In this document: piece after piece, positions 10,296 to 23,514 of the stretch
Numbering within the stretch: position 1 is the stretch's first letter
Layout of the letters: every line of letters starts with the position of its first letter
Assembly: GCA_038893355.1 (NCBI GenBank)
Contig: JAWARQ010000001.1
Location: 32,001 to 96,000 of the forward strand
DNA: 64,000 bases
Source: Sulfolobaceae archaeon
Lineage (GTDB): Archaea > Thermoproteota > Thermoprotei_A > Sulfolobales > Sulfolobaceae
Direction: 5' to 3'
Notes under the pieces: model-generated
Seen by the model: the letters and a program-made list of their open reading frames with translations, nothing else
What the model was told of the DNA's origin: nothing
The model's database searches: none
Translations under genes and position numbers: made by a program

Positions 10296-13025
10296 ATGAA
10301 AAAAGTAAATGCCGATGAATATAGAATAAAATTTTTTAACATAAATAATTATTATAGGAAACAATGTAAGTCTTGTAATACATATTTTTGGACTAAGTCC
10401 GAGAATAGAGAAATATGTGCAGACGTTCCATGTACTGATTACTATTTCTTTGACCTCGATATAAAAACAAAGCCATTAACTGTATCAGAAGCCAGAGAGA
10501 AGTTTTTGAGATTCTTTGAGAAGAAAGGACATAAAATAATTAAACCGAAACCAGTTTTAGCTAGATGGAGAGAAGATCTTTATCTTACAATAGCAAGCAT
10601 AGTAGACTTTCAACCGCACGTAACTAGTGGATTAGTTCCACCACCTGCAAATCCTTTAGTCCTCTCTCAGCCTTGTATAAGACTTGAAGATATTGATAAT
10701 GTTGGGATAACCTTTGGTAGACATTTAACCAGTTTTGAAATGGCAGCGCACCATGCATTTAATTATCCAGATAAGTACGTATATTGGAAAGACGAGACTG
10801 TAGAATACGCTAAAGAATTCTTCACGAAAGAGTTAGGAATACCAGAAGAAGAATTAAATTTCAAAGAATCGTGGTGGGAAGGTGGCGGAAATGCTGGACC
10901 ATGTTTTGAAGTAACGGTAGGAGGTTTAGAATTAGCTACACTCGTGTTCATGCAGTATAAGGTTGAAAATAATGAATACATACCGTTAAATCTAAAAATA
11001 GTTGATACTGGTTATGGTATAGAACGAATAGCTTGGTTTACACAAAAAACTCCTACTGCTTTTCATGCAATATTTGGAAGTCTTGTTGATAGATTCTTTG
11101 AAAAAATAGGTGTAACGAAAGTAGATGAAGAACTCCTCAGAGTAGCAGCAAGATATGCGGGAAAAATCGATCCTGAACGTCCTGAAAGTATAAATAAGCA
11201 TAGAGAACTTGTAAGCTCTGCCCTAGGTCTAAGCCAAAGATTTGTAGAACAGGAACTAACTAGGGCTGCAAGAGTATTCCAAGTTCTTGATCATACAAAG
11301 ACTATATCGTTAATGTTAGCTGACGGTTTAGTTCCATCAAACTCTGGTGAAGGATACCTTGGTAGGCTAGTAATTAGAAGAACTTTAAGAGTATTAAAAT
11401 TATTAAATAGTGATATTAAACTTTCTGAACTTATAAAGTATCAAATAGATTATTGGAAATCTGATTTTCCTCAGATGCTAAAGAATAAAGATTATATAAT
11501 TGAAGTAATTGATGAAGAGCAGGAGAAATTTAATGAGGTAGTATCACGATTACCAAATGTAGTTAACGCGTATATGAAAAAAGGTTCAATTACAATAGAT
11601 GATTTAATACAAATATATGATAGTAATGGGATACCCCCTGATCTTTTGTCTGAGGAGTTAGGTAAGCGGGGAATAAAACTAGATATTCCACATAATTTTT
11701 ACTCATTAGTTGCGAAGAGGCATCAAAATGCTCCGATAAAAACTACTAAGAGGCTACAGATCCCTAACGAAATAATTATGAAAATCCAGTTGCTGAAACC
11801 AACTAGAAAGTTATATTATGAAGATCCTTATCTTAGAGAGTTTGAAGCTAGTATAGTAGCTGCATTAGATAATTATCTCATATTAGACAAGACTGCATTC
11901 TATCCTGAAGGTGGAGGTCAACTTGGTGATACTGGAATAATAGAATATAATGGCGAGAAGTATAATGTAGTTGATACTCAGATAGTAAATGATGTAATAG
12001 TTCACATATTAGATAGGAAGATTAGTGCGAATGAAGGAGATAAAGTTAAAGGTACAATAGACTGGCGTAGAAGATATAAGCTGATGAGACATCATACTGC
12101 TACCCATATAATATTAGCTGCGGCAAGACGTGTGTTGGGAGAACATGTATGGCAAGCAGGTGCAGAAAAAACCCCAGAAAAAGGAAGATTAGATATTACC
12201 CACTATAAAATGCTTAGTCAAGAAGAAATTAAGAAAATAGAGGATTTGGCTAACTATGTAATTTCAGATAGAAGACCAGTTACTTCAATAATAATGAACC
12301 GAACTGAGGCAGAAGAAATTTTTGGGATATCAATATACGAAGGTGGTGTTCCAAATACTCCTCAATTAAGATTATTAGAAATAAAAGATTGGGATATCGA
12401 AGCATGTGGAGGAACTCACGTGCATAATACTAGTGAAATAGGTGGGGTAAAGATTATAAATGTTGAAAAGTTACAAGATGGTGTTATAAGACTTGAATAT
12501 GTTGCTGGGGAAGTAATTTCTGAATATGCTAGAAAGTTGGAGAATATATTATTAGAAGCTTCAAAGCTAGTAAATTCTCCAACATCATTATTATTAAACA
12601 GAATTTCCAAAATAATTTCAGAACGTAAGGAAATTGAAAAAATATTAGATAAATATAGAAATCATATAATGAAAATATTACTTAATAAATCACCATTAAT
12701 AGTAAATAATATTAAGCTATATATCTACGATGAGATAATCGATGAGGAACTACAAAAGGAATTAATGAAGATGTTAACCACTAATACTCAGTCTTCTATA
12801 GTATTAAGCTTAATAAGAGAAGATGATAAGGTAACTAAATTAAATATGGCATCTTCCAAAGATATAGACTTATCTAATATTATACAAGGTCTTAGGGGAT
12901 TAGGACTAAAGGGTGGTGGTGGAAAAACTTATGCTTCATTTATAATAGATACTTCTAGATTTGAAATTGAAGATATTATCAATGAAATTAAGAGAAGAAT
13001 TAGTGAGAGCCTCAGAGGATTATAA
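10296..13025 (+). CDS. alaS: Alanyl-tRNA synthetase
   Basis: [25 protein letters not shown], editing motifs HTATH and CGGTH. Confidence 0.98.
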   Translation: MKKVNADEYRIKFFNINNYYRKQCKSCNTYFWTKSENREICADVPCTDYYFFDLDIKTKPLTVSEAREKFLRFFEKKGHKIIKPKPVLARWREDLYLTIASIVDFQPHVTSGLVPPPANPLVLSQPCIRLEDIDNVGITFGRHLTSFEMAAHHAFNYPDKYVYWKDETVEYAKEFFTKELGIPEEELNFKESWWEGGGNAGPCFEVTVGGLELATLVFMQYKVENNEYIPLNLKIVDTGYGIERIAWFTQKTPTAFHAIFGSLVDRFFEKIGVTKVDEELLRVAARYAGKIDPERPESINKHRELVSSALGLSQRFVEQELTRAARVFQVLDHTKTISLMLADGLVPSNSGEGYLGRLVIRRTLRVLKLLNSDIKLSELIKYQIDYWKSDFPQMLKNKDYIIEVIDEEQEKFNEVVSRLPNVVNAYMKKGSITIDDLIQIYDSNGIPPDLLSEELGKRGIKLDIPHNFYSLVAKRHQNAPIKTTKRLQIPNEIIMKIQLLKPTRKLYYEDPYLREFEASIVAALDNYLILDKTAFYPEGGGQLGDTGIIEYNGEKYNVVDTQIVNDVIVHILDRKISANEGDKVKGTIDWRRRYKLMRHHTATHIILAAARRVLGEHVWQAGAEKTPEKGRLDITHYKMLSQEEIKKIEDLANYVISDRRPVTSIIMNRTEAEEIFGISIYEGGVPNTPQLRLLEIKDWDIEACGGTHVHNTSEIGGVKIINVEKLQDGVIRLEYVAGEVISEYARKLENILLEASKLVNSPTSLLLNRISKIISERKEIEKILDKYRNHIMKILLNKSPLIVNNIKLYIYDEIIDEELQKELMKMLTTNTQSSIVLSLIREDDKVTKLNMASSKDIDLSNIIQGLRGLGLKGGGGKTYASFIIDTSRFEIEDIINEIKRRISESLRGL

Positions 13026-13629
13026 GTATTTACTGAATAGAGGTTACTCAAGAAAATTAGCATTATTTACAATTAATGCTAGGTATAACTTGAGTAATAC
13101 TGAAAGGAATCTTTTGTATAGATGCATTCATTCCGATGAAGAGTTAAAGGTAATTAGCCAAAAATTAAGAGACATAAACTCTCTATCTGGCGAGATAGTA
13201 ATAGACGGGTATAATATAGCCTTAACATTATTATCAATATTTAATGGCGATCCTACATTTATATGTGATGATGGATTTATTAGGGATATAAATTTAGGTA
13301 AACTAAAAAATAGCGATACTATAGCTGATGTCTTATTATGGGTTATTGAAAAATTGAATTCGCAGGTAATCAATGTTAAACCAGCAATAATACTAGATTC
13401 TCAAATAAGTAGGAGTGGTGAGATCGCAAAGTCCTTAAGAGAGAGAAAGATTAAAGTAATTTTATCAAGAAGCGCAGATAAAGATGTTATACTTTCGAAT
13501 TCAATTGTGTGTAGTAATGATTTCTTAGTAATATTAAAATCACATTATGTTGTAAATTTAATACCCTACTTGTTAGCATCAGAGGAGAACATAATAGTAT
13601 ATAGCGGTCCTTGGTCGAAAACTCTTTAA
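12982..13629 (+). CDS. DUF434/DUF5616 (PIN/NYN-like) protein
   Basis: [29 protein letters not shown]; start codon uncertain. Confidence 0.8.
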   Translation: MKLREELVRASEDYKYLLNRGYSRKLALFTINARYNLSNTERNLLYRCIHSDEELKVISQKLRDINSLSGEIVIDGYNIALTLLSIFNGDPTFICDDGFIRDINLGKLKNSDTIADVLLWVIEKLNSQVINVKPAIILDSQISRSGEIAKSLRERKIKVILSRSADKDVILSNSIVCSNDFLVILKSHYVVNLIPYLLASEENIIVYSGPWSKTL

Positions 13630-13652
13630 AATCTTTAAAGGAATATATTATT

Positions 13653-13740
13653 GGACCCGTAGCTCAGCCAGGACAGAGCGCCGGCCTCCTAAAACGCTGA
13701 AGAAAGCCGGTGGTCGCGGGTTCGAATCCCGCCGGGTCCG
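13653..13740 (+). tRNA. tRNA-Arg(CCT) with 13-nt intron (13692-13704)
   Basis: GGACCCG/CGGGTCC acceptor; anticodon arm CCGGC-CT CCT A-[intron]-A-GCCGG; GTTCGAATC T-loop. Confidence 0.92.
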
Positions 13741-13745
13741 CTACT

Positions 13746-14495
13746 TTAACAGTCTAAAATTATTCTAGATGCGTTATCCCATATCAATGGTATTAGTGTC
13801 TTAAACTTAAATAATGCAATATTTATATTTATTTCCATTAAATTAACATTAACTTTTTTATTAGAAATCTCAATATTTTCTTTATTTTGTGAAAAATATG
13901 AAAGGGCAGAAATTATATTAGCCTTGTTTTCCCCGATCGAAAAAGTCTTACATAATGCAGAAATCCTTGCAGATTTTAAATCAGGCCCTATTTCTACAAA
14001 TACCTCTTTACATGTTGTTTTAAGAATGTTCTCGAGCATTTCCCTAAATAACTCATTCAAAGTATATGGTATGTTATTTGGATTTATACCTAATGGTGGA
14101 ATCATAACTTTTGAAGGAAGATTATAATTTTTAACATTCTTCATTACTACATCTGCATGGAAGAATACAAAATAGTAGCTGCAAATACGGGATCTTACAA
14201 AATTTGATAAATATATATTTATCTCATCTGAAATATTTTTTTCAAATAAAGATCTAGTTATGTTCCTATTTGTTATGAAAAAGCCCTTAATCGATATAAT
14301 ATTTTTAAAATCTTCAAAATAATTATAATATATTATGTATTTATCTTTTATTTTTATTTTTTCATCTTTAAATAGTTTATTAAAATATTTATATAAATTA
14401 CTTATGTATTTATTATTAATTATCAACCATTCTCCTAACTCATCGAAAACGTATGGAGAAGAATCATTGTCCTTTCTGAAAAATATCATTATCAC
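13746..14495 (-). CDS. Hypothetical protein
   Basis: 249-aa ORF between two tRNAs; only IPPLG and FKFKTLIPLIWDN look conserved. Confidence 0.6.
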   Translation of the reverse strand: MIMIFFRKDNDSSPYVFDELGEWLIINNKYISNLYKYFNKLFKDEKIKIKDKYIIYYNYFEDFKNIISIKGFFITNRNITRSLFEKNISDEINIYLSNFVRSRICSYYFVFFHADVVMKNVKNYNLPSKVMIPPLGINPNNIPYTLNELFREMLENILKTTCKEVFVEIGPDLKSARISALCKTFSIGENKANIISALSYFSQNKENIEISNKKVNVNLMEININIALFKFKTLIPLIWDNASRIILDC

Positions 14496-14542
14496 TTTTT
14501 ATCTGCGTAAATTTTTAAACTTTATAAGACCTTATAACATTT

Positions 14543-14615
14543 AGCCGGGTCGTCTAGCGGTCAAGGATACGGGGCTCTGGCCCCCGTGACCAGGGTTCGA
14601 ATCCCTGCCCGGCTA
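14543..14615 (+). tRNA. tRNA-Gln(CTG)
   Basis: AGCCGGG/CCCGGCT acceptor; CGGGG-CT CTG GC-CCCCG. Confidence 0.95.
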
Positions 14616-15031
14616 CTTTTATTTTAAGGACATATTATATAAGCCTACGTAGCGATTAAGGGAAGATCCCTTAGATACTTCAGCTCATAAGGCTCATTCT
14701 TATACCAAACACCCCAAACAATCCAGACTGAGGAAAGCTAAGCGATTTTCAGATTTCTTAAAGTGGTTAGAAATATAATGTATAATTCTTCCTATAATTA
14801 TGTATAAAAATTTAAAAATGTTTTATAAAATTATTTTATTATAATTTTTAAGTATAAATAATTTCCTCTTTTTTATATATTTCTAATTCTATTCAGATAG
14901 AATTATATAGATACTAGTTAATTATTTTTACTTAAAAGTATTGATATTATAAGTTATAGGATAATTTATATTTAATCGTTTATCTCTATAATTTATTCAA
15001 TATTAAGTAACAAAATAATTTATTCAAAAAA

Positions 15032-16171
15032 TTATCTCTTATCTAATGGAATAAACTTCTTTTTTTCTGTGGGACCTACATATAATGCCCTAGGTCTAAT
15101 TAATCTATGCTCCTCATTAACGTATTCTATAATATGTGCTAGCCAACCTAAAACCCTAGATAGCGCAAATAATGCAGTGTACATGTATACTGGGTATCCT
15201 AGTGCGTAATATACGATTCCAGAGTAAAAGTCAGTGTTTGGATAGATCTTTTTACTGCTGAATTGCTTTAAGCCCAACTCTTCTAATTTCAACGCTATTT
15301 TTAAAATCTTTTCTACATTAGGATTAATTTTTGCAAAGCTTTCAGCATATCTCTTAAAAACTAGTGACCTCGGATCATATGTTCTATATACTCTATGCCC
15401 AAATCCCATTAATCTATTCTTCTCCTCGATAATTTTCTTCTGGAACCACCTTTCTACGTTTTCAACATCTCCTATCTCTAGGAACTGTTTAAATGCCTCC
15501 TCTGCAGCACCTCCATGCAAAGGTCCTTTTAGTGCTGCAAGTGCTGCAACTATCGAGGAATACATGTCCGAAAGCGTTGAAGATACTACTAAGGCTGCAG
15601 TAGTGGATGCCGGCACTTCATGATCCGCATAAAGTATTAATGCAGCATTTAAAGCTTTTAACTCAAGTTCATTTGGGTTCCTATTAAAGCATGCATTATA
15701 AAAGCTTTTAGCATAACTCTCAGAAGGTTCTGGTATTTTTGGCTTTAGTCCTTCTTTCATTCTATAGATATTTGCTACTATAGTTGAAGTTTTAGCAATA
15801 ATTTCAATTGCCTTTTCTTTATCATTGATTTTCCATTTGAATCCTTTATCGATTGCTGCTAAAACGGAGAATGCAACTTCCATTGCTGCAATAGGATCTG
15901 CATCTCTTGGTAGAGAATATATTGCATTTATAACTTGCTCTGGTACATTGTAATTTTTATTAATCTTATCGATAACTTCTTTAACTTGATGTTTATTAGG
16001 CAATTCACCGTAAAGTATTAGATAGATGACTTCTTCATAAGAGGAATTTTCAGCTAGCTCTGGTACATCATAACCTCTATATAACAAGATACCTTTTTCG
16101 CCATCGATGTACGTAATAGATGTCGTCTTTATTACTACGTTTTCCAAACCTTTACTAACTATACTACTCAT
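15032..16171 (-). CDS. gltA: Citrate / 2-methylcitrate synthase
   Basis: SKGLENV, YADHE, GPLHGGA, GFGHRVY, YPNTDFYSG; likely start MSSIV at 16171. Confidence 0.92.
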   Translation of the reverse strand: MSSIVSKGLENVVIKTTSITYIDGEKGILLYRGYDVPELAENSSYEEVIYLILYGELPNKHQVKEVIDKINKNYNVPEQVINAIYSLPRDADPIAAMEVAFSVLAAIDKGFKWKINDKEKAIEIIAKTSTIVANIYRMKEGLKPKIPEPSESYAKSFYNACFNRNPNELELKALNAALILYADHEVPASTTAALVVSSTLSDMYSSIVAALAALKGPLHGGAAEEAFKQFLEIGDVENVERWFQKKIIEEKNRLMGFGHRVYRTYDPRSLVFKRYAESFAKINPNVEKILKIALKLEELGLKQFSSKKIYPNTDFYSGIVYYALGYPVYMYTALFALSRVLGWLAHIIEYVNEEHRLIRPRALYVGPTEKKKFIPLDKR

Positions 16172-16297
16172 GTTAACTATTTTACCTTCTTGTAACTTTA
16201 AACTTTCTTGATGACCTTTAAAAAGCAATTCAAGAGATTATAAACATAAACGTTAATTGTTTAGAACAAAGGAGAAACTTAATATTAAATTTAAAAA

Positions 16298-17170
16298 TCA
16301 TACACTGCGCTTAGCTTTAATTGCCTCCTTAGATGATAGTAGTATTTGCTTATCTAAATTCTCATAAAACTTATAGTTAATTACCTCATATAACTCTGCC
16401 CTCGTCATCATATCTGGTATTAATTTTGCTTGAGTTCCTTCTTCTAAAAGAGTTTTTAGCGCCTTTTCCATAGCTTTCGCTGCTACTCTAAAGATAGTAA
16501 CTGGGAATATAACATACTTATATCCCATTTCTCTAAATTCAGAAGCGGATATTAATGGTGTTTTACCGAATTCTGTCATGTTTGCTAGTAATGGTCCTTT
16601 AACTTTTTGTGAGAATATTCTAAATTCTTCTTTACTAGTTAATGCTTCAGGGAATATAATGTCTGCTCCAGCTTCTAGATATAAGTTCGCCCTCTCTATG
16701 GCTTCTTCAAGACCTAAGACTCCCCTTGCATCAGTTCTAGCTATAATCAATGAATTACGTCTAGCCATCAGAGCTGCTTTAATTTTCTGAACCATTTCCT
16801 CCCTAGATACTAATTCTTTACCTTCAAGATGTCCACATTTTTTTGGGAGTACTTGATCTTCTATTTGAATAGCATCAGCACCACTGCTTTCTAAAACCTT
16901 TACTGCTCTATATACATTAACTACTTCACCAAACCCCGTATCAGCATCTACTATAATTGGAATATCGACTACTTCTTTTATCTTTCTAACCATTTCTGCT
17001 ACTTCTTCTAAAGTAATAACCCCTAAATCTGGTAAGCCATACGATGCCGTTAATGCAGCACCAGATAGATAAACAGCTTTAAACCCTACTCTTTTGGCTA
17101 AAATTGCAGAAAATGGGTTAAAAACTCCGGGTATAATTAAGAATTCAGAGTTTCGTAATACTTCTGACAA
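16298..17170 (-). CDS. prpB: Methylisocitrate lyase
   Basis: DADTGFG, IEDQVLPKKCGH, LANMTEFGKTP. Confidence 0.92.
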   Translation of the reverse strand: MSEVLRNSEFLIIPGVFNPFSAILAKRVGFKAVYLSGAALTASYGLPDLGVITLEEVAEMVRKIKEVVDIPIIVDADTGFGEVVNVYRAVKVLESSGADAIQIEDQVLPKKCGHLEGKELVSREEMVQKIKAALMARRNSLIIARTDARGVLGLEEAIERANLYLEAGADIIFPEALTSKEEFRIFSQKVKGPLLANMTEFGKTPLISASEFREMGYKYVIFPVTIFRVAAKAMEKALKTLLEEGTQAKLIPDMMTRAELYEVINYKFYENLDKQILLSSKEAIKAKRSV

Positions 17171-18452
17171 GTTCTTTCACCTTTATATTTTCTAAATTAC
17201 TAATTACACTAATTAAATCCTTTCTATTAGTCAATCTTAGGAATTTTTCGTTTAGCTCTTCATCACTCATTGGATTTCTCGCATGTCCTCTAGGTACTCT
17301 AACTTCATCTTCAAACTTACCTTTATCAGTATATATTATAGCCTTTATTGGTAACTCGTCTGCATAAACTCTAGTATATTCTGGAACCTCCACTACTTCT
17401 ATTTTCTTCATTAGTGAAATTACCTTCTCGTCATTTATTAAATCGTAAGATTCTAGCCAAAAGTCCCTCTTTAATAGACTAACCGCGAAGATGTATGGTA
17501 AACTGTGATCAGCAGTCTCTCTATTCCTTGGTCTCCATTTATCTTCAGTGTCTGCTAGTATTGTTTTTGCTGCTTCATAAGTTTCTAAAATAATCTTATT
17601 AATCTCTCCTTCATATTTAATTCTCTTTGCTAGTTCTACTGCAGCTTGTGCATGATACTCTACTGGGTATTTCTTAATATGGGTTTTTAGGATACCTTCT
17701 GGCTTATTTAATCCAGAAAACTTACTAATATCGAAATCTCCTTTAAGTATTACATTAATTAATCCAAACTTGCCAGTAAATGGCTTTTTTGGACCAGTAA
17801 AACCGTTATAAGCTAATAGAGTTGCGAATATTGCATTTCTTGCAGCATTTGCAGCTGCGGCACCTTTCCACATAGATAGCTCTCCAGATCTAGTTTCCCT
17901 GAGTGCAATATTAGGTACTAATGCCAATGAAATTGCATTTAATGTTTTCTCGAAATCAAGGCTTAGAAGTTTAGCATAAGCAGCAGCTGCAGCTATACCT
18001 AAAAACACTACATGATCTATACCTCTTGCCCTTAATGATGAAGAATCGCAAAGCCTAACTCCAATTTCATAACCAATTGAAGCAGCTAATATAATGTCAG
18101 TTCCTTTTGAATCTAGATAATAACCAAGTGCAAATAATCCTCCTAATAAGTCACTTGGATGTAATGGTTCTTTAGATAGGTATGTGTCATTAAAATCGAG
18201 GTATCTTATCAAAAATGAATTATAGAATGTTGCAAAATCTATTGAAGTAAGTTCGCCAGTCAATGTTGGAACATTGCCAGGGTATAACTTTATAGTATTC
18301 CTTATTATTTTAGCTGGTAAGGCATCTTTTGCAGCTAATGCAACGCCTATACTATCTAAAATTCTTCTTTTAACTTCTTTAATTACTTTATCATCTAGAT
18401 TACTATACTCTGTATTTACTACAAATTCCGCAATTTTTTCTGCAAGTTCCAT
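17145..18452 (-). CDS. prpD: 2-methylcitrate dehydratase (MmgE/PrpD)
   Basis: RYLDFNDT, HPSD, SMWKG, ADHSLPY. Confidence 0.92.
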   Translation of the reverse strand: MELAEKIAEFVVNTEYSNLDDKVIKEVKRRILDSIGVALAAKDALPAKIIRNTIKLYPGNVPTLTGELTSIDFATFYNSFLIRYLDFNDTYLSKEPLHPSDLLGGLFALGYYLDSKGTDIILAASIGYEIGVRLCDSSSLRARGIDHVVFLGIAAAAAYAKLLSLDFEKTLNAISLALVPNIALRETRSGELSMWKGAAAANAARNAIFATLLAYNGFTGPKKPFTGKFGLINVILKGDFDISKFSGLNKPEGILKTHIKKYPVEYHAQAAVELAKRIKYEGEINKIILETYEAAKTILADTEDKWRPRNRETADHSLPYIFAVSLLKRDFWLESYDLINDEKVISLMKKIEVVEVPEYTRVYADELPIKAIIYTDKGKFEDEVRVPRGHARNPMSDEELNEKFLRLTNRKDLISVISNLENIKVKELVRSITKL

Positions 18453-18524
18453 GATTATATTGTAATAGTACTGTTTAAAAAGGCTTAGATAAATTTAAAG
18501 ACAAATAATAGTAATCGTGATATA

Positions 18525-19451
18525 ATGGTAAGAGTTGGTATAGTAGGTGTAGGAAAACTAGGCCAAACAATAGCATATTCTATTGCTTCAAGAGGATTAG
18601 TAGACGAAATGATACTATATGATATAGTACCAGAACTTGCAGAAAAGGTAGAGCATGAATTTAGACATGCATTAGCATCATTAAACATAAAGACTGAGAT
18701 TAAGGGGACTGATAAAATAGAAGAAGTTGAAGGTACGGATATTATATTAATAGTAGCCGGTAAGCCAAGGAAGCCGGGAATGAGCAGAAGGGATCTATTT
18801 ACCGAAAATGCGAAAATTATGATAGATCTTTCAAAAAAGTTACCCCCTAAGAATCCAAATGCGTTATATATCATGGTTACGAACCCAGTGGATATGATGG
18901 CAAGCGTTTTTCAAAGATTTTCAGGGAAGTTTACAATAAGTACTGGAAATCAAGTAGAAACAATGAGGATGAGAGCATTTATAGCAAGTAAGCTTAAAGT
19001 TCCAGTAAGTGAGGTTGATGGCTTTGTTGCAGGTGAACATGGTGAGGAAGCGTTTATAGTATGGAGTAGTGTAAAGGTTAAAGGTAAAGATTTTGATAGC
19101 GTAGCAGCTGGAAAGCTAACTAGGCAAGAGGTAGAGAAATACGTAAAGGAAATAGCTGCAGAAATAATAAGGGTTTTAGGCGGTACTACCTGGGGCCCTG
19201 GTACTATAATTGCTGATATTGTTAAGGCTATTGTTTATAACGAGAATAGGGTAATGAGTATAGCTATGCCTTTTAAATATGAGGATGAAATTATTCATTT
19301 AAGCGTACCTACTGTTATTAGTCATAAAATAGGCCCAACTTTACAAAATATCTTTGACGAGAATGAACTTAAACTTTTTCATAATACACAGAAGAATATA
19401 TATAAGGTCTATAAAGAAAATTTAAATCATTTATTAAAAGAAAATCTTTGA
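18525..19451 (+). CDS. mdh: Malate dehydrogenase (LDH-like)
   Basis: [27 protein letters not shown]. Confidence 0.92.
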   Translation: MVRVGIVGVGKLGQTIAYSIASRGLVDEMILYDIVPELAEKVEHEFRHALASLNIKTEIKGTDKIEEVEGTDIILIVAGKPRKPGMSRRDLFTENAKIMIDLSKKLPPKNPNALYIMVTNPVDMMASVFQRFSGKFTISTGNQVETMRMRAFIASKLKVPVSEVDGFVAGEHGEEAFIVWSSVKVKGKDFDSVAAGKLTRQEVEKYVKEIAAEIIRVLGGTTWGPGTIIADIVKAIVYNENRVMSIAMPFKYEDEIIHLSVPTVISHKIGPTLQNIFDENELKLFHNTQKNIYKVYKENLNHLLKENL

Positions 19452-19542
19452 TTTTTTGAACCTTTCTAAATTTTAAAGTTCTCGTATCTAGAGAGCGAAA
19501 AAAATATGAACATGATAGGCTAATAGTGATTGTGAATATGAT

Positions 19543-20793
19543 TTGATTAGAGTATGGGATTTCCAAATACCTACTATAAATGACTTAAATCCTGTAAATA
19601 AAAAAATATTATTAAGAATTGATATAAACTCTCCGATAGAGCCTTCGTCAGGGAGAATTTTAGATGATTCAAGAATAAAGGCTCATGTACCCACAATTAA
19701 AGAATTATTAGAAAATAATAATACAGTAGTACTTATTTCGCATCAGGGAAGGCCAGGCGATAATGATTTCACATCTCTTGCAGAACATAGTAGATACCTT
19801 TCAAAGTATTTAGATACGAATGTAGAATTTGTAGAAGATATAATAGGTCCATATGCTATAGAGAGGATAAAGAAAGCTGAAAAGGGAAGTGTATTATTGC
19901 TTGAAAACGTTAGATTTATTTCAGAAGAATTAGTAGAGGCTACTCCTCAACAGCATGCTAAAAGCTTTTTAGTAAGGAAATTAGCACCGTTATTTGACGC
20001 ATATATAAATGATGCATTTGCAGCTGCACATAGAAGTCAGCCTAGCTTAGTAGGATTTCCATTAGTTTTACCGTCTGCAGCAGGTCGTGTTATGGAGAAA
20101 GAAGTATCTGCATTAGCTAGAATATTTAATTACGAGGATTCGCCAAAAATCTTTGTATTAGGCGGGGGAAAAGTTCATGATACTATTAAAATAATTGAAT
20201 ATTTATCTAAGAGGAGAATTGCTGATAGAATACTTACTGGAGGCCTTATAGCAGAACTTTTTGCAGTAGCTAAGGGTATAAATATAGGAAAACAGAACTT
20301 ACAAGTACTCGAGAAAGCTGGTGCAATTAGCTTAATACCTAGGGTTAGAAAGATCTTATTAAGCGGTGCACCAATCGAAATTCCAGTAGATTTTAAGACT
20401 GAAGCTAATAATCAAGTATTAGAAGAACCTGCAAATAAAGTAACCGGACTTATTAGGGATATAGGCGAAACTACAATCGAAATATATTCATCATTTATAA
20501 AAGAAGCTAAAGTAATAACACTTAGAGGACCTATGGGAGTCATAGAAGATGAAAGATTTAGAGATGGAAGTATTAGATTACTTAAAGCTGCATTAGAAAG
20601 TCCAGGATATGTAATCATAGGTGGTGGTCATATGATAAGTATGTTAGGAAAGGATATGAATATAGATACTAACCGAGTTCATGTATCTACTGGTGGTGGT
20701 GCATTATTGTTATTTTTAGCTGGAGAAAAATTACCGGCATTAGAAGCATTACATATTTCCGCACAGAATTTACTATTAGGTGGTAAAAAATGA
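19543..20793 (+). CDS. pgk: Phosphoglycerate kinase
   Basis: [35 protein letters not shown]. Confidence 0.97.
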   Translation: MIRVWDFQIPTINDLNPVNKKILLRIDINSPIEPSSGRILDDSRIKAHVPTIKELLENNNTVVLISHQGRPGDNDFTSLAEHSRYLSKYLDTNVEFVEDIIGPYAIERIKKAEKGSVLLLENVRFISEELVEATPQQHAKSFLVRKLAPLFDAYINDAFAAAHRSQPSLVGFPLVLPSAAGRVMEKEVSALARIFNYEDSPKIFVLGGGKVHDTIKIIEYLSKRRIADRILTGGLIAELFAVAKGINIGKQNLQVLEKAGAISLIPRVRKILLSGAPIEIPVDFKTEANNQVLEEPANKVTGLIRDIGETTIEIYSSFIKEAKVITLRGPMGVIEDERFRDGSIRLLKAALESPGYVIIGGGHMISMLGKDMNIDTNRVHVSTGGGALLLFLAGEKLPALEALHISAQNLLLGGKK

Positions 20794-21812
20794 TAAAAGT
20801 TGGTATAAATGGTTATGGTACAATCGGAAAGAGAGTAGCAGATGCTATTAAACTTCAGCCAGATATGAAGCTAGTAGGTGTTACTAAGTTAACGCCTAAC
20901 TACGAGGCAATAATTGCTACAAGAAAAGGAATAAGGATTTATGTTCCACAAGATTCTGTAAAAAAATTTGAAGAAAATGGTATAAATGTTGCAGGTACTA
21001 TTGATGATCTACTATCTAACGTGGATATAATAGTTGATGCTACGCCAAATGGTGTTGGTGCACAATATAAACCTAAATATCAAAGTATGAATAAGAATGC
21101 GATATTTCAGGGCGGTGAAAAAGCCTCAGTAGCTGACGTTTCATTTTCCGCATTGTGTAATTATGAAGAGGCATATGGAAAAAGATATATTAGAGTAGTT
21201 TCTTGTAACACTACTGGTCTATTAAGAACTTTATGCACAATTAACTCAATCTATAAGATTAAGAAGGTAAGGGCTACAATAATTAGGCGAGCTGCAGATC
21301 CTAAGGAAATAAAAAGAGGCCCTATAAATTCAATAGTTCCAGATCCCGTTACTATTCCTAGTCATCATGCAAAGGACGTACAAACTGTAATAAAAAATCT
21401 CGATATTATAACTATGGCTGCAGTAGTGCCTACTACACTTATGCATTTACATCTTCTTAATATAGAAGTGGAAGGAAAACCAAATAGAAAGGATTTAATA
21501 ACTCTATTTCAATCTACCCCTAGATTGGTTTTAATAAGTAATAGATCCGCTATAAGCTCTACAGCAGAGATAATAGAGGCTATTAGAGATTTAGGAAGGG
21601 AAAGAAATGATTTAATGGAAGTTGCCATATTCGAAGATTCAATTTATACTAATAATAATGAGATATTTTTAATGTATGGTGTACATCAAGAGTCAATAGT
21701 AGTGCCAGAAAATATTGATGCAATAAGGGCATCTTTAATGTCAAAGAGTAAAGAAGAGTCTATTAATTTAACTAATGAAACATTAAAGATTTATAGAGGT
21801 TACTTAGTTTGA
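20790..21812 (+). CDS. gap: Glyceraldehyde-3-phosphate dehydrogenase (archaeal type)
   Basis: [36 protein letters not shown]. Confidence 0.97.
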   Translation: MIKVGINGYGTIGKRVADAIKLQPDMKLVGVTKLTPNYEAIIATRKGIRIYVPQDSVKKFEENGINVAGTIDDLLSNVDIIVDATPNGVGAQYKPKYQSMNKNAIFQGGEKASVADVSFSALCNYEEAYGKRYIRVVSCNTTGLLRTLCTINSIYKIKKVRATIIRRAADPKEIKRGPINSIVPDPVTIPSHHAKDVQTVIKNLDIITMAAVVPTTLMHLHLLNIEVEGKPNRKDLITLFQSTPRLVLISNRSAISSTAEIIEAIRDLGRERNDLMEVAIFEDSIYTNNNEIFLMYGVHQESIVVPENIDAIRASLMSKSKEESINLTNETLKIYRGYLV

Positions 21813-22216
21813 GCGTTCCGAGCTATTCTGTAAGTTTTTGGTGGAGAAAAATATTAGTGCCTATAGATGGATCTGAGGGTAGTATTAGAGCCTTTCAATT
21901 AGCAGTAGATTTTGCAATGAGATATGGCTCTAAAATAACTGTAGTACATGTTTGTAATGAATGTAATAATAATAAATTAAAAGAGATAGTAAAAGAAATA
22001 GCAGGAAATAAAATTGAATATGAATATAAAGAGATTAAGGTAAATTTAAGAGATAGTAGTATTTCTAATGAGTTATTAAAAATTATAGTAGATGAAAATT
22101 TTGATGCAGTAATAATGGGAGCAAGGGGAACCTCGACAGAAGCTGAGACTAATATTGGCTCTACAGCACTTTCAATTGCAGTAAATGCACCAATTTCAGT
22201 TATATTAGTTAGATAG
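21809..22216 (+). CDS. Universal stress protein
   Basis: [20 protein letters not shown]. Confidence 0.9.
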   Translation: MSVPSYSVSFWWRKILVPIDGSEGSIRAFQLAVDFAMRYGSKITVVHVCNECNNNKLKEIVKEIAGNKIEYEYKEIKVNLRDSSISNELLKIIVDENFDAVIMGARGTSTEAETNIGSTALSIAVNAPISVILVR

Positions 22217-23489
22217 AGAGATTTATAGTTTTATTCTCTAAATTGAATGTATACTTTACTTCAAGGTAGTTCTTCCTGTATTCAATGACCTTTCTTTTAA
22301 CTTCATTAACGTCCTTATTATCAATTAGTACTAGCTTCATAAATTCAGCTATATCTTCCATTTCACCTTCTCTCATACCATATCTAGTCATTTCTTGAAC
22401 ACCAATCCTAATTCCACTAGGATCACTTACTGCTGAAGGTGGATCATAAGGTAATAAGTTCTTATTAACTATTATGTTAGCCTCCTCTAATTTATTAGCA
22501 ACTTTAGCACCCCCACCTAAATTTCTAACATCAACGACTACTTGATGGCTCATTGTAAAACCTAAATGCTCTCCTATAACTTTAAAACCTCTTTCTCTCA
22601 ATGCTTCCGCTAATTTTTTAGCATTTTTTACAATTTGTTTAGCATATTCTTCGCCAAAATATTTCATCTCTATTGCAGTTATTGCAGTAGCTGGAAGTCT
22701 ATGTAAGTGATGATTACTTACAAACCAGGGAAATATTGTCCTTGAAATCTCCTTATATAACTGCTCGTCATTAGTAAATATTCCACCGCCTTGAGGACCA
22801 GGGAATGTTTTATGAGTAGAAACTGTCATTATATCCGCACCCTCACTTAAAGGATTATGCCACACTTTACCTATAATTAAGCCGTATACATGTGCTGCAT
22901 CATATACAATCTTACTACCTACTGACTTAGCATAGGGTACTATTTCCTTTACTGGATGAGGGAATAGATATAGACTACCGCCTAATACTATAAATTTAGG
23001 CTTAACTTCTTCAATTAATTTTATACTCTTATCAACATCCACGTTCATTTTTTCTTGATCATATGGCATCTCAATATGTTCTATTCCCAACGCTCCTAAA
23101 GTACCAAATTTTGTATGACTTACATGAGCACCTGCCTGTACAGGTGCAATTAATGCTTTTTCTGAAGGTCTAGCTAATACCCTGAACACTGCAGCGTTAG
23201 CTATTGTACCACTTATTGCCCTAATGTCACAAAAAGAAGAAGAGGTCAATTTATTTAACAATTCACAAGTTAATACTTCTATCTCATCTATATATTTCGT
23301 CCCTTGATAATATCTCTTAAAAGGTTTTCCCTCAGCATATCTAGACATCATATCAGTAAGATAAACAGACTCTGCTAAAGGTGACATTACATTTTCTGAA
23401 GCTATTAAATTTATTGACTCCTTTCTCCTCCATTTATCATGAGCTCTTGTAATTTCAATAACTTTAAGGACTTCATTTGGTAGAGACAT
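22209..23489 (-). CDS. glyA: Serine hydroxymethyltransferase
   Basis: [24 protein letters not shown]. Confidence 0.97.
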   Translation of the reverse strand: MSLPNEVLKVIEITRAHDKWRRKESINLIASENVMSPLAESVYLTDMMSRYAEGKPFKRYYQGTKYIDEIEVLTCELLNKLTSSSFCDIRAISGTIANAAVFRVLARPSEKALIAPVQAGAHVSHTKFGTLGALGIEHIEMPYDQEKMNVDVDKSIKLIEEVKPKFIVLGGSLYLFPHPVKEIVPYAKSVGSKIVYDAAHVYGLIIGKVWHNPLSEGADIMTVSTHKTFPGPQGGGIFTNDEQLYKEISRTIFPWFVSNHHLHRLPATAITAIEMKYFGEEYAKQIVKNAKKLAEALRERGFKVIGEHLGFTMSHQVVVDVRNLGGGAKVANKLEEANIIVNKNLLPYDPPSAVSDPSGIRIGVQEMTRYGMREGEMEDIAEFMKLVLIDNKDVNEVKRKVIEYRKNYLEVKYTFNLENKTINLSI

Positions 23490-23514
23490 ACGGGAAAAAA
23501 TAAAATTAAAATTT

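Noticed and set aside
15032-19451. prpD-prpB-citrate synthase-mdh cluster as a novel pathway
   Set aside because: Matches the known methylcitrate/TCA gene set
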